Source of the DNA: Minisyncoccota bacterium
GTDB lineage: Bacteria; Patescibacteriota; Minisyncoccia; Phycocordibacterales; Phycocordibacteraceae
NCBI GenBank assembly: GCA_035627655.1
Contig: DASPLI010000001.1
Coordinates: 259,355-323,354, forward strand
DNA: 64,000 nucleotides
Reading direction: 5' to 3'
Positions 21,314 to 30,993 of this stretch are shown here, in pieces. Under the pieces are notes generated by a model. It worked only from the letters and a program-made list of their open reading frames with translations. It made no database searches and had not been told where the DNA came from. Every line of letters starts with the position of its first letter. Within the stretch, counting starts at the first letter, position 1. Made by a program: the position numbers and the translations under genes.

Positions 21314-21529
21314 ATGAAAGCATTGATCGGGTACCTGATGTTGGCAGTTTTTGGTTTGATCGGTCTGGCGCTTGCGGCAGCGGGGGTGCTGATGCTTATC
21401 TACAGCCCCCTCGATGTTCGCGGGTTCCTCTTCGATCTTTCCGAAACGGAACTGCACCGTTTTGCCTGGCTTCTGGTCGCGGGAGGGGGTTCCGTCCTCA
21501 TTCTGCTCCTGGTTGCCAGTCGAAACTAA
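21314..21529 (+). CDS. Small 2-TM protein
   Basis: AAAGGAGG SD before MKALIG. Confidence 0.6.
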   Translation: MKALIGYLMLAVFGLIGLALAAAGVLMLIYSPLDVRGFLFDLSETELHRFAWLLVAGGGSVLILLLVASRN

Positions 21530-21557
21530 GCTGAAGGGCTGCATAGTGCAGCCCTTC

Positions 21558-21670
21558 TTGCATATTCAGAGGTACCCCTGTATAGTGCCCGAGTCGCTAT
21601 GTCCTGCGGGACCACTAGCTCGGGAGAGGGAAGCCTCGAACGCGCCTAGTGAAGGCGCGCTTTATTTTTT
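21558..21670 (+). promoter_or_regulatory. rplC promoter and structured 5' leader
   Basis: TTGCAT-N17-TATAGT, then three hairpins ending CGCGCC-N7-GGCGCG and a U-tract. Confidence 0.6.
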
Positions 21671-22282
21671 ATGAAATTCATTCTCGCGCGGAAAGACCGC
21701 ATGACCCAGATCTTCCAGGCGGACGGTCGGGTCAAGGCTGGCACGGTCCTCAAGACCGGCCCGATGACCGTTACCCAGGTAAAGGGTCCGGAGACCAAGG
21801 ACGGCTACAACGCCGTGCAGGTTGGTTTTGAAGCTAAGAAGCCTGAGAAGGTGAACAAGGCACAGCGCGCCACCAAACCATTTCGCGTACTCAAGGAATA
21901 CAAGGTAGAAAACCCAGCTGATTTCTCCGTCGGCTCCCCGGTTTCGCTTGATACCTTCGCCGTGGGCGATGAGGTTCGTGTTGTTGGTACCTCAAAGGGT
22001 AAGGGCTTTACGGGCGTCGTGAAGCGCTACAACTTCAAGGGCGGTCGCCGCACGCACGGTCAGAAGCACTCTGAGCGCGAGCGTGGTTCCTCCGGCGGCG
22101 GTCCAGGCCGTGCTGGCGGTCGTGTCGCACTTGGTATGCGCATGGCAGGTCGTGCTGGTACCGATCGCGTTACCGTGAAGAACCTTCGCGTGCTTCACAT
22201 TGATGCTGCAGCGGGCGAGATCATCATCTCAGGTGCCGTTCCAGGCGCACGTGGCTCCTTGGTCGAGATTATCGCTGCGTAA
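21671..22282 (+). CDS. rplC: 50S ribosomal protein uL3
   Basis: MTQIF, DGYNAVQ, SKGKGFTGVVKR. Confidence 0.98.
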   Translation: MKFILARKDRMTQIFQADGRVKAGTVLKTGPMTVTQVKGPETKDGYNAVQVGFEAKKPEKVNKAQRATKPFRVLKEYKVENPADFSVGSPVSLDTFAVGDEVRVVGTSKGKGFTGVVKRYNFKGGRRTHGQKHSERERGSSGGGPGRAGGRVALGMRMAGRAGTDRVTVKNLRVLHIDAAAGEIIISGAVPGARGSLVEIIAA

Positions 22283-22292
22283 TTATTTTCGT

Positions 22293-23051
22293 ATGGCAAC
22301 TACTAAAAAAGCACCGGCAAAGAAGAAGGCAGCCAAGAAGGCAGTCGCTCCGAAGGCAGCGAAGAAGGAGGTCGTCGCAGCAAGCGGCGAGGCGGTCGTC
22401 TACGGCATGAACGGTGCAAAGAGTGGTACCATCGCTCTTCCGGCCGAGCTCTTCGGCGCAAAGTGGAACGCTGACCTCGTACACCAGGTCGTCGTTGGCA
22501 TGCAGGCAAATGCTCGCCCGACGGTCGCACACACTAAGTTCCGCTCGGAGGTATCCGGCGGCGGTAAGAAGCCGTGGAAGCAGAAGGGTACCGGCCGCGC
22601 ACGCCACGGCTCGACGCGCTCTCCGATCTGGGTCGGCGGTGGTACGACGCACGGTCCTCGCGCTGAGCGCGACTACACCGTGAAGATCAATCGCAAGATG
22701 CGCGCTCGCGCCCTTGCTTCGCTTCTCTCAAAGAAGCTTGCTGATGGCGAAGTGATTTTTGTGGAGAAGCTCGCCTTCTCAAAGCCAGCAACCAAGGAGG
22801 CAAAGGCAGCGCTCGTTGCAATTGCAAAGGGTGCAGGCGCAGACATGCTTGCGACCAAGCGCCAGAACGCTGCAGTCATCGCGCTTTCTTCGAAGGATCG
22901 CAATGCCGAGCGCTCGTTCCGCAACATTGGCAGCCTCATCACGGAAGAGGTGCGCAACCTCAACCCGGTTGATCTCGTAACGAAGAAGTACATCGTTATC
23001 GAGAATCCGGTAGACGCGCTTCCGGTACTCGTTTCCCGTCTCACCAACTAG
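22293..23051 (+). CDS. rplD: 50S ribosomal protein uL4
   Basis: GGGKKPWKQKGTGRARHGS. Confidence 0.98.
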   Translation: MATTKKAPAKKKAAKKAVAPKAAKKEVVAASGEAVVYGMNGAKSGTIALPAELFGAKWNADLVHQVVVGMQANARPTVAHTKFRSEVSGGGKKPWKQKGTGRARHGSTRSPIWVGGGTTHGPRAERDYTVKINRKMRARALASLLSKKLADGEVIFVEKLAFSKPATKEAKAALVAIAKGAGADMLATKRQNAAVIALSSKDRNAERSFRNIGSLITEEVRNLNPVDLVTKKYIVIENPVDALPVLVSRLTN

Positions 23052-23054
23052 CGT

Positions 23055-23417
23055 ATGGCACTCTTTTCTAACAAAACCAAGAAGTCCGAGAAGAAGGCAG
23101 CTTCAAAGGCTCCGGCTCCTGCAAAGGCGCTTGAGAACTCAAAGCTCGAAGTCGCACTCGCTGCTCCGTGGATGAGCGAGAAGGCGCTTATCGGTACCGA
23201 GCGCGGTGTCTACGTCTTTGCTGTTCCGGCTGACGTCACCAAGACTGACGTTGCGCAGGCAGTCGAGCGCATCTACAAGGTCGTGCCGACGAAGGTGAAC
23301 ATTGCGAATCTTCCGGCTAAGCGCAAGGCGCTCCGCACTCGCCGCGGCTTTGGTGTTCGCGCACGTCGCCACAAGGCCTACGTCTACCTCAAGAAGGGCG
23401 AGACCCTCGAGTTCTAA
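23055..23417 (+). CDS. rplW: 50S ribosomal protein uL23
   Basis: SEKA, YVFAV, KAYVYLKKG; synteny. Confidence 0.95.
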   Translation: MALFSNKTKKSEKKAASKAPAPAKALENSKLEVALAAPWMSEKALIGTERGVYVFAVPADVTKTDVAQAVERIYKVVPTKVNIANLPAKRKALRTRRGFGVRARRHKAYVYLKKGETLEF

Positions 23418-23427
23418 TGCAATTCAT

Positions 23428-24270
23428 ATGAAAACCTACAAGCCATACACCAAGAGTCGTCGCAACATGACCACGCTTCCGTACCGGGAGCTCCTCTCTG
23501 GCGATCGCCCAATGAAGTCTCTCTTGAAGTCCAAGAAGGCGCAGGCAGGCCGCAACTCGCAGGGTCGCGTCACGACGCGCCATCAGGGCGGCGGGCATAA
23601 GAAGCGCTACCGCGATGTCGACTTCGTTTATAACAAGAAGGACATTCCGGCACGCGTCGAGACCGTTGAGTACGATCCGTACCGCACCGGCTTTATTGCG
23701 CGCGTTGTCTACGCAGACGGCGAGCGCCGCTACGTCCTTGCACCGAAGGACCTCAAGGTTGGCAGCACCTTCGTCGTCTCTGAAAACGCGCCGGTGAAAG
23801 TTGGTAACCGCCTTCCGCTTGGAAAGATTCCGACCGGCACCTTTGTCTACAACATTGAGCTCAAAGCAGGCGCAGGCGCAAAGCTTGCACGCTCTGCTGG
23901 TAACTACGCAGAAGTCGTCGCACATGACGCCGGATTCGCGCAGCTCAAGATGCCATCGACCGAAGTTCGCAAGATCACGGACAAGGCATGGGCATCCGTT
24001 GGCGCTGTGGGCAACGAAGAGTCCCGCCTCGTGAAGTTTGGTAAGGCTGGCCGCTCTCGCTGGCACGGCATTCGCCCGACCGTTCGCGGTACTGCCATGA
24101 ACCCGGTAGATCATCCGCACGGCGGCGGCGAAGGACGCCAGGGCCGCGGCCTCCGACGCGCAAAGTCCATGTGGGGCAAGCCAACCGGCAAGGGCCAGAA
24201 GACTCGCACCCCAAAGAAGTACTCGAACGTTTTCATCGTCTCGAGGCGTAAAGTGGGCAAGAAGGGCTAA
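23428..24270 (+). CDS. rplB: 50S ribosomal protein uL2
   Basis: RPTVRGTAMNPVDHPHGGGEG. Confidence 0.99.
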   Translation: MKTYKPYTKSRRNMTTLPYRELLSGDRPMKSLLKSKKAQAGRNSQGRVTTRHQGGGHKKRYRDVDFVYNKKDIPARVETVEYDPYRTGFIARVVYADGERRYVLAPKDLKVGSTFVVSENAPVKVGNRLPLGKIPTGTFVYNIELKAGAGAKLARSAGNYAEVVAHDAGFAQLKMPSTEVRKITDKAWASVGAVGNEESRLVKFGKAGRSRWHGIRPTVRGTAMNPVDHPHGGGEGRQGRGLRRAKSMWGKPTGKGQKTRTPKKYSNVFIVSRRKVGKKG

Positions 24271-24349
24271 TAAAGAACAAGCTCCGCAATCGCGGGGCTT
24301 TTTCTTTTCTTGTATACTGCCGGCAGACTTGTACGAAAGGAAACAAGCA

Positions 24350-25192
24350 ATGACCGCGATACGCATCAAAGAGCTCGCGGAGATCGGACTGGTGTACATC
24401 AGTTACCCGCCCGAGCTGCGTGCTGCCATGGCAAAAGCAATGGAGTCCTGGAGAGTGTTCTACGCGCTCCCGGATGAGCAGAAGCTTCGCTTCGGCTATA
24501 TTCCTGACGCCAAGACGAGCGGCAACGGCTACGAACTCAAAGGCAAGGCCGGCGATGTGGACCGTAAAGAGAACATTCACCTGCGCCCCATCGTTCGCGA
24601 CGAGCTTATGGAGGCAGCGCATCGCGTTGACTCGGTGATCGCTCCGCGGTTCATCGAAGACGCGCTTGCCTTGAATCCGCTCATCGCTCCGCTCTTGCGA
24701 GCGTTTGGTGAAGCGGTTGAACGCGAGTACGACGTGCCCGGGTTCGCCGACGACATTATGGCCAAGCAGTCCGAATGGTTGCTGCGGTTCCTGCACTATC
24801 CGGGAGGCCGCAAGGTGGGCGAGGTGATCGCGCATCCGCATGTCGACAAAGGAGGATTCTCACTTCACCTCGACGAAAGTCATGGTGGCGTGCAGCGCCT
24901 CTCCTACGGCACGCGGGAGTGGGAACCGATGCCGCTCTCTCACAAGGAGACGGCCATCTTCACCGGTACCGGACTTCAGCATCGTTCGCAATGTCGCTTG
25001 CGTGCACTCAGCCACCGCGTGGTGGCGGTGCCGGGTGCTGCTGAAGAAGGTCGGGATTCCGCTGTCTGCTTCGTCGACTTTGCGCATCGCCGCTACTTCA
25101 ACAAAGAGAAGTTCGGCTCGCAGCAAGACTGGGCGCCAGGCGCGTTCTACGACATGCCGTTTGAAGAATACGACAAGCTCTTCATTGACTAA
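24350..25192 (+). CDS. 2OG-Fe(II) oxygenase (isopenicillin N synthase-like)
   Basis: LRFLHYP, HVD...H facial triad, HRV and RxS (RDS) motifs. Confidence 0.85.
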   Translation: MTAIRIKELAEIGLVYISYPPELRAAMAKAMESWRVFYALPDEQKLRFGYIPDAKTSGNGYELKGKAGDVDRKENIHLRPIVRDELMEAAHRVDSVIAPRFIEDALALNPLIAPLLRAFGEAVEREYDVPGFADDIMAKQSEWLLRFLHYPGGRKVGEVIAHPHVDKGGFSLHLDESHGGVQRLSYGTREWEPMPLSHKETAIFTGTGLQHRSQCRLRALSHRVVAVPGAAEEGRDSAVCFVDFAHRRYFNKEKFGSQQDWAPGAFYDMPFEEYDKLFID

Positions 25193-25240
25193 GGAAACGG
25201 CCCGGGATACTCCCCGGGCCGTTCTCTCGTTTATGACAAG

Positions 25241-26041
25241 TTAGCGGTAGCGAGTCTTGAGAAGATCAGCAAGATCGCTTCGCGAGATGCGTGCTTCCTG
25301 GGTGCCGAGCGCCCATGGGCCAACCTGATACGGCGGGAAGATAAGGACGAGATCGGCACCATCAAGATAGAACGTGGTGAAGTTGCTTATCTGAGCCTCG
25401 GTTCCCGCATCAATCATACTGGTGTCCATCTCCGACTGCGGGATGTTCATCGCCTGCGCAATCTTTGGATAAAGGATGGCACGGGAAGTTTCGGAGAGTA
25501 CAGGGAGGAAGTTTGCGCCCGGGGTAAACAAGTCGTCGATCGTCAGTTCTTCGCCGCTCATGCGGTCAAACGTAAACGTCTTGTAGTAGGCATTCGGATG
25601 CGCACCCATCGTATCGGCATAGATGAGGTAAATGTAAGAGAGCGTTACGGGTGACGTTCGTGTTTCGTACTCCATGCCGAATGCGAACTTCCGATCTCCG
25701 CCAAGACCCATCATATCGATGTCTGCTTGAGTGAGCGTCGCAAGACCGCTGTCCGTCTTGAATTGCGCGATCTGCGCTTCAGCAAAGGTTTTCATGAGTG
25801 CGACGGCAGCTGCATCGGCTTGTGCGCCCGCAGTCGCGCGAAGTGGGGTGTCGCCCGGGTAGGTGACGGCAATTTCGTGGTACTGGCCGTCCTCGGTGAT
25901 GTACTGAGGGCCGGAAACGGAGCTTCCCTCAGGGGCAAGCTCGATACCTGGGGAAGGGCGGGAGAGTACATACCAGAGCACGCCTCCAGCAAGGGCAAGA
26001 ACGACGACTGCAGCAACGACAGGCAAGGGTTTAAGTTCCAT
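25241..26041 (-). CDS. DUF3298/DUF4163 (RsiV/PdaC-like) membrane-anchored protein
   Basis: GAHPN, TFTFD and FPPYQVGPWALG motifs; N-terminal TM. Confidence 0.8.
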   Translation of the reverse strand: MELKPLPVVAAVVVLALAGGVLWYVLSRPSPGIELAPEGSSVSGPQYITEDGQYHEIAVTYPGDTPLRATAGAQADAAAVALMKTFAEAQIAQFKTDSGLATLTQADIDMMGLGGDRKFAFGMEYETRTSPVTLSYIYLIYADTMGAHPNAYYKTFTFDRMSGEELTIDDLFTPGANFLPVLSETSRAILYPKIAQAMNIPQSEMDTSMIDAGTEAQISNFTTFYLDGADLVLIFPPYQVGPWALGTQEARISRSDLADLLKTRYR

Positions 26042-26116
26042 ATACGTTCCATCATAGCCTACCTTGACTTTGTCTTGAAAATGTCGTAAACCGCGGACAG
26101 CACTTGCTTTTTCTGT

Positions 26117-26145
26117 CTACTTAGTGTACAAATGACACTAGGTAG
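26117..26145. promoter_or_regulatory. Predicted NrtR operator upstream of the PP2C-kinase-NAD operon
   Basis: CTACTTAGTGT-ACAAATG-ACACTAGGTAG; GT-N7-AC core; same arms as 49707-49729. Confidence 0.8.
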
Positions 26146-26218
26146 CGAAATGGCGCTGCAGTTCCTTGAAAGGACCCATAACCCATTGCATCTAATCAAT
26201 TGAAAGGGGGTTGATCCC

Positions 26219-27052
26219 ATGGAGCTACTTCCGTTCTCGGTCGCCGGCGGTTCAGTCCCCGGTACCGAGCACACCAAGCCAGGGCAACCCGGCTGGACCA
26301 ACAACCAAGACGCATTCGCATGGTCGCAGGTACCAGGCGCACTTGCCGCTGTCGTTTGTGACGGCTGCGGAGGCGCGCCAAAGAGCGAAGTTGGGTCGCA
26401 GCTCGCTGCACCCTTCATCGCCTTGCGGCTCGCAGAACTGTGTCGAAGCATGAGCGTCGATGAGGCGCTCCTACTCGTCAATCTTCAGTTGAAGAATTTC
26501 TTGAGTGCGACCGCCAACCACTTGGCGCACAGCGTTCATGATGTTCCCAACATCGCAGGTGACTACTTCCTGTTCACGGTGCTCGGCGTCGTCATGACGC
26601 CCGAGCGTACCGTGATCTTTGAAGCGGGGGATGGCGTCTACGCCGTAAATGGCGAAGTCGTATGCATCCCGCCTTATCCCGATAACGCGCCGCCCTACTT
26701 GGGGCATCGTCTGACGGGGTGGTATCCGCAAGAGAAGATCGGTATTCGCATCCGTGCGGATCTGCCGACAGCGAAGGTCAACACCATTCTTATCGGCACC
26801 GACGGAGTCGCAGACGCGATAGCCGTCGCCGATGAGTTACTTCCCGGCAAACGACAGGGAGAGGTTTTCGGACCGATCCAACAATTTGTCGAGAACGATC
26901 TCTTCGTTCGTAATCCAGACGCAATTCGTCGGCGCCTCGCGCTTGCGAATCGCGAGCTGGTAGACGGAGAACATATCAAGAAAGGTCTGCTGCCAGACGA
27001 CACGACTCTCGTTGTCGTGCAGCGGCGGATCGAAGGAGGCAGCAATGCCTGA
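26219..27052 (+). CDS. PP2C-family protein phosphatase (TerY-P/PphC-like)
   Basis: SVPGTEH, NNQDA, VCDGCG, GDG, GTDGV and DDTTLV motifs. Confidence 0.9.
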   Translation: MELLPFSVAGGSVPGTEHTKPGQPGWTNNQDAFAWSQVPGALAAVVCDGCGGAPKSEVGSQLAAPFIALRLAELCRSMSVDEALLLVNLQLKNFLSATANHLAHSVHDVPNIAGDYFLFTVLGVVMTPERTVIFEAGDGVYAVNGEVVCIPPYPDNAPPYLGHRLTGWYPQEKIGIRIRADLPTAKVNTILIGTDGVADAIAVADELLPGKRQGEVFGPIQQFVENDLFVRNPDAIRRRLALANRELVDGEHIKKGLLPDDTTLVVVQRRIEGGSNA

Positions 27053-28910
27053 CTATGTCATCAACGGCAGAACGCTTACGCTTCGGCCAAAAGACGCAGT
27101 CGGGAAGGGAGGAGAAGCGGACGTCTTCATCGAAGGCGGACGCGCGATCAAGATCTACAAGTCGCCGCGTCACCCGGACTTTACGGGCGACCCTGAAGCG
27201 CAAGCTGCGGCGCGCGATCGGATCGAAGAGCATCAGCGAAAACTCCCCGCATTCCCGCGCGGGCTTCCGGGGCGAGTCATCGTCCCGTCGGAGCTCGTGT
27301 ACGACACACACGGTCGCATTGCCGGCTACAGCATGAAGCCCCTCTTGGGTGCTGAAGTACTGTATCGGTACGGCGAACGTTCCTTCCGCGATGCCGGCGT
27401 CAAAGACGAAACGGCGGTCGCGGTTCTTGCCGACCTTCGCGGCACGGTAGAAGCCGTGCATAACGCGAATGTCGTCATCGGCGATTTCAACGACCTCAAC
27501 GTACTCGTCCTCGGACGAAACGCGCATCTGATTGACGCAGACAGCATGCAGTTCGGATCGTTCTATACGCGCGTGTTCACGACGAAATTCGTGGACCCGC
27601 TCATCTGCGATCCGAGAGCGAAGGCGCTCATCATGCGGGAGCCGCACAACAAAGCTTCCGACTGGTACGCCTACGCTGTCATGCTGATGCAGACACTACT
27701 GTTCGTAGGACCCTATGGCGGCGTGTATGCGCCGCAGGATCCTACCAAGCGGATTCCGCACGATCTGCGGCCGCTTCGGCGGGTGACGGTGTTTGACGGA
27801 GACGTCAGATATCCGAAACCTGCACGCCACTACCGCATCCTTCCGGATGACCTTCTCGAGTACTTCAAAAAAACCTTCGAGAAGGACGAACGCGTCGTGC
27901 CGCCTGCGCGCCTCGTCGAGAGCCTCCGGTTCACGACGTGTGCAAAGTGTGGCACCAATCATGCGCGGGCTCACTGCCCGTCCTGCGTGCACGTTACGGC
28001 GCCCATGCAGAAGGAAGTCCATAAAGGAGGCATCTCTGCCTTCAAGGAATTCTCGACTGACGGCGTCATACTGCATGCAGTGCTTGATCGCGATACGTTG
28101 CGGTTCGTTTATCACGACACGCAGATGTATCGGCGGGAGGATGGTTCTGAGCTCGCTTCTGGCGCGCTTGATCCACACTTCCGTTACCGCATTAGCGGCA
28201 CCAAAACGATCATGGGTCGCGGCGAACACGCCATCGTCTTTGACGGTGGGCGTCGCGATCAACTTGCAGTTGAGTCCTACGGACTCTTGCCCCTCTTCGA
28301 CGCCAACGCGAAGAACGTGTTCTTCGTGCGCGACGGAGGGTTGTGGCGTATCGGCACGCTCGGGATCTCGTATCCTGAGCGCTACGGAGACGTGCTTTCC
28401 GGCCAGACGCTGTTCTGGGTCGGAGAGCAACTTGGTTTCGGTTTGTATCGGGCGGGGGAGCTCTCACGCTTCTTCGTCTTCGATGCGAATCGAGCGGGTA
28501 TCAACGATTCGGTCAAACTTCCGCCGCTACGGGGGAAGATCGTCGATGCGACTTGTTCCTTCGGCGATGATCGGATCTGGTTCCTTGTCTCGACCGCTTA
28601 CGGCGGGAAGACGACGAACTACTGCTACGTCCTCGACGGACGAGGCGCACTCCTTGGACAGGCCGAAGCAGAAGCCGGAGACGGCAGCTGGCTCTCGACT
28701 CTCCGAGGCAAGTGCGCAACGAAAGGATTTCTCCTTGCGGCGACGGACGAGGGCGTAACGCGGATTGAATCCGCTAACGGTCTTGTTCAAGTCGCGAAGG
28801 AGTTTCCTGCGACTGCTGAGTTTGTCGACGCCGAAACGCGGTTGCTCCTTGGTTCCCAAGGGCTCTATGCGATTCGGCGCGGCGAAATCTGGAAACTAGT
28901 CCTCAAATAG
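27045..28910 (+). CDS. YegI-like Ser/Thr kinase with Zn ribbon and beta-rich C-terminal domain
   Basis: GKGGEADV, AIKIY, VVIGDFNDLNVLV, LIDADS; CAKC..HCPSC; overlaps the PP2C stop. Confidence 0.88.
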   Translation: MPDYVINGRTLTLRPKDAVGKGGEADVFIEGGRAIKIYKSPRHPDFTGDPEAQAAARDRIEEHQRKLPAFPRGLPGRVIVPSELVYDTHGRIAGYSMKPLLGAEVLYRYGERSFRDAGVKDETAVAVLADLRGTVEAVHNANVVIGDFNDLNVLVLGRNAHLIDADSMQFGSFYTRVFTTKFVDPLICDPRAKALIMREPHNKASDWYAYAVMLMQTLLFVGPYGGVYAPQDPTKRIPHDLRPLRRVTVFDGDVRYPKPARHYRILPDDLLEYFKKTFEKDERVVPPARLVESLRFTTCAKCGTNHARAHCPSCVHVTAPMQKEVHKGGISAFKEFSTDGVILHAVLDRDTLRFVYHDTQMYRREDGSELASGALDPHFRYRISGTKTIMGRGEHAIVFDGGRRDQLAVESYGLLPLFDANAKNVFFVRDGGLWRIGTLGISYPERYGDVLSGQTLFWVGEQLGFGLYRAGELSRFFVFDANRAGINDSVKLPPLRGKIVDATCSFGDDRIWFLVSTAYGGKTTNYCYVLDGRGALLGQAEAEAGDGSWLSTLRGKCATKGFLLAATDEGVTRIESANGLVQVAKEFPATAEFVDAETRLLLGSQGLYAIRRGEIWKLVLK

Positions 28911-28939
28911 GTTGAGGACCATCACAACGGAGACGTAAC

Positions 28940-30028
28940 ATGGCTCAATCTGTAGCCAGACAACTTCCCACCCCGCCGCTCTTCAATCCGAAGAACGCGG
29001 GCAACTGGGGCTATCGCCCCGACCAGCGTGCAATCTTCGAAACCGCCGCTGCCTGGAAAGGCCAACACGGTCTCAAGGCAGCGCGGCTCGATGGACAAAA
29101 AGTCATGCTGCTGCTGATCGACGTGCAGAAGGACTTCTGCCATCCGGAAGGCGCCCTCTACGTGGGCGGCCGGTCGGGTCGCGGTGCGATCGACGACTCG
29201 GCGCGCATTGCCGAGTTCATCTATCGCAATCTGAACGTCGTCTCCGACATCGCGACGACCTTGGATACGCACTTCGCGTACCAGATCTTCTCGCCGTCAT
29301 TCGTCGTCGACGAGAGCGGACAGCCGCTCAAGCCGTTCGACGTCGTGCTTGAAAACTGCGACATCATGCGCGCGGGCGTGTGCGTCGGGAAGGCTTCGGT
29401 CAGCCCGGCCGCCGCCGCGGTCGTCGCCAACGGCGACTACGCGACGCTGCAAAAGCAGTTCGAGTATTACTGCAAGACGCTTGGCCAAGGCGGCAAATAC
29501 AACCTCATCATGTGGCCCGAGCACTGCTTGCTCGGGTCCGAGGGCCACACCCTGGTCGGCGTCATTCACGAAGCGCGTCTCTTCCACGCGTACGCCCGCG
29601 CCTCGCAGTCGCACTGCGAGATCAAGGGCGGCAGCCCGTACACCGAGAACTACTCGGTGCTACAGCCGGAAGTGATGACCACGTTCGACGGCAAAGCCCT
29701 CCCGGGCGTGCAGAAGAACGCGCGATTCATCAAAATGCTGCTCAACTACGACCGCGTTATCGTCGCGGGCCAGGCGGGCAGTCACTGCGTGAAGAGTTCG
29801 ATCGACGACTTCCTCGCGGAAATCGTCGTGCAGGACCCGGCGCTTGCGCGCAAGGTCTACGTGCTCGAAGACTGCATGTCCGCAGTCACCGTGCCTGACG
29901 GCAAGGGCGGTTTCATCGCCGACTACACGCCGGACATGGACGCCGCGCTCGCCAAATTCGGCAACGCCGGCATGCATGTCGTGAAGTCCACAACGCCAGT
30001 CTCCGACTGGCCGGGCTTCCTGCAGTAA
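28940..30028 (+). CDS. pncA: Nicotinamidase (isochorismatase-family cysteine hydrolase)
   Basis: IDVQKDFC, LDTH, WPEHC, IKG, GQAGSHCV; NAD-gene context. Confidence 0.85.
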   Translation: MAQSVARQLPTPPLFNPKNAGNWGYRPDQRAIFETAAAWKGQHGLKAARLDGQKVMLLLIDVQKDFCHPEGALYVGGRSGRGAIDDSARIAEFIYRNLNVVSDIATTLDTHFAYQIFSPSFVVDESGQPLKPFDVVLENCDIMRAGVCVGKASVSPAAAAVVANGDYATLQKQFEYYCKTLGQGGKYNLIMWPEHCLLGSEGHTLVGVIHEARLFHAYARASQSHCEIKGGSPYTENYSVLQPEVMTTFDGKALPGVQKNARFIKMLLNYDRVIVAGQAGSHCVKSSIDDFLAEIVVQDPALARKVYVLEDCMSAVTVPDGKGGFIADYTPDMDAALAKFGNAGMHVVKSTTPVSDWPGFLQ

Positions 30029-30102
30029 CGGTCATCCGGGCGTGTGCGGCGAGAGTAATCTCGCCGCATGGGCCCATCACATCAACCAGGGAAGGACATC
30101 CC

Positions 30103-30888
30103 ATGAACTCAACTGACGTTGGCGCTCTATTTAGCGCCGCAGGTAAAGACGGAACGCTCTCCAAAGGAGCGCTCTCGGTGCTCGACGCCGAAGACATCGG
30201 CGCCGTGATCAACCAAGGACTCGGCATCACACCCGACGACATCACTGCAAGCGAGGTCAACAACGTGTTCATGCTGCTCGACGACTCCAGTTCGATCGAG
30301 CATGCGGGCAACACGCAGCATGTTCGCGACGGGCACAACCTGATCGTGGACTCGCTACTGAAGACCAAGCAGGCGGATGCCATCATCATGTGCGGTCGCG
30401 CCCTCAATCGCGGGCAGATCTACCCGTGCGTTCGCCTCCCGGATGTGCCGCGTCTTGACGCGAGCAACTACAATCCGTCGGGCGGCACGCCGTTGTATGA
30501 CGAATCGACGATCATTCTCGGCATGGCGGCCGCCAAGCATCAGCAGTTTGCTGACAATGGCGTGCCGTGCCGGACGATCGTGCCGATCATCACCGACGGC
30601 GCCGACGTGGGCTCCCGCAAGCAGCGGCCAGACCACGTGCGGACCATCGTGCAAGATCTTCTGCGCACCGAGCAGTTCATCGTGATCGGCGTCGGCATCG
30701 ACGACGGCGTGACGAACTTCCGGTCGGTGTTCCAAAGCATGGGCATCGACGACCGCTGGATCCTGACCCCAGGCAATTCGCCAAGCGAAATTCGCAAGGC
30801 GTTTGCGATGGTGTCCCAGTCGGTATCGCGTGCGAGCCAGAACGCGCAAGCGTTCAGCACGGCTGCAATGGGCGGGTTTGCGGGGTAA
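30103..30888 (+). CDS. vWA domain protein (TerY-like)
   Basis: MIDAS LLDDSSS, GGTPLYD, IITDG. Confidence 0.88.
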   Translation: MNSTDVGALFSAAGKDGTLSKGALSVLDAEDIGAVINQGLGITPDDITASEVNNVFMLLDDSSSIEHAGNTQHVRDGHNLIVDSLLKTKQADAIIMCGRALNRGQIYPCVRLPDVPRLDASNYNPSGGTPLYDESTIILGMAAAKHQQFADNGVPCRTIVPIITDGADVGSRKQRPDHVRTIVQDLLRTEQFIVIGVGIDDGVTNFRSVFQSMGIDDRWILTPGNSPSEIRKAFAMVSQSVSRASQNAQAFSTAAMGGFAG

Positions 30889-30993
30889 GATCCGCAGACC
30901 TCGGGTCCTGTTCTTTACAGGAAGCAGGAGGAGCATGATGCTCCTCCTGCAATCCTCGCTGAGATTCCTTCGGGAATCTCCTTTATAGGAGGC

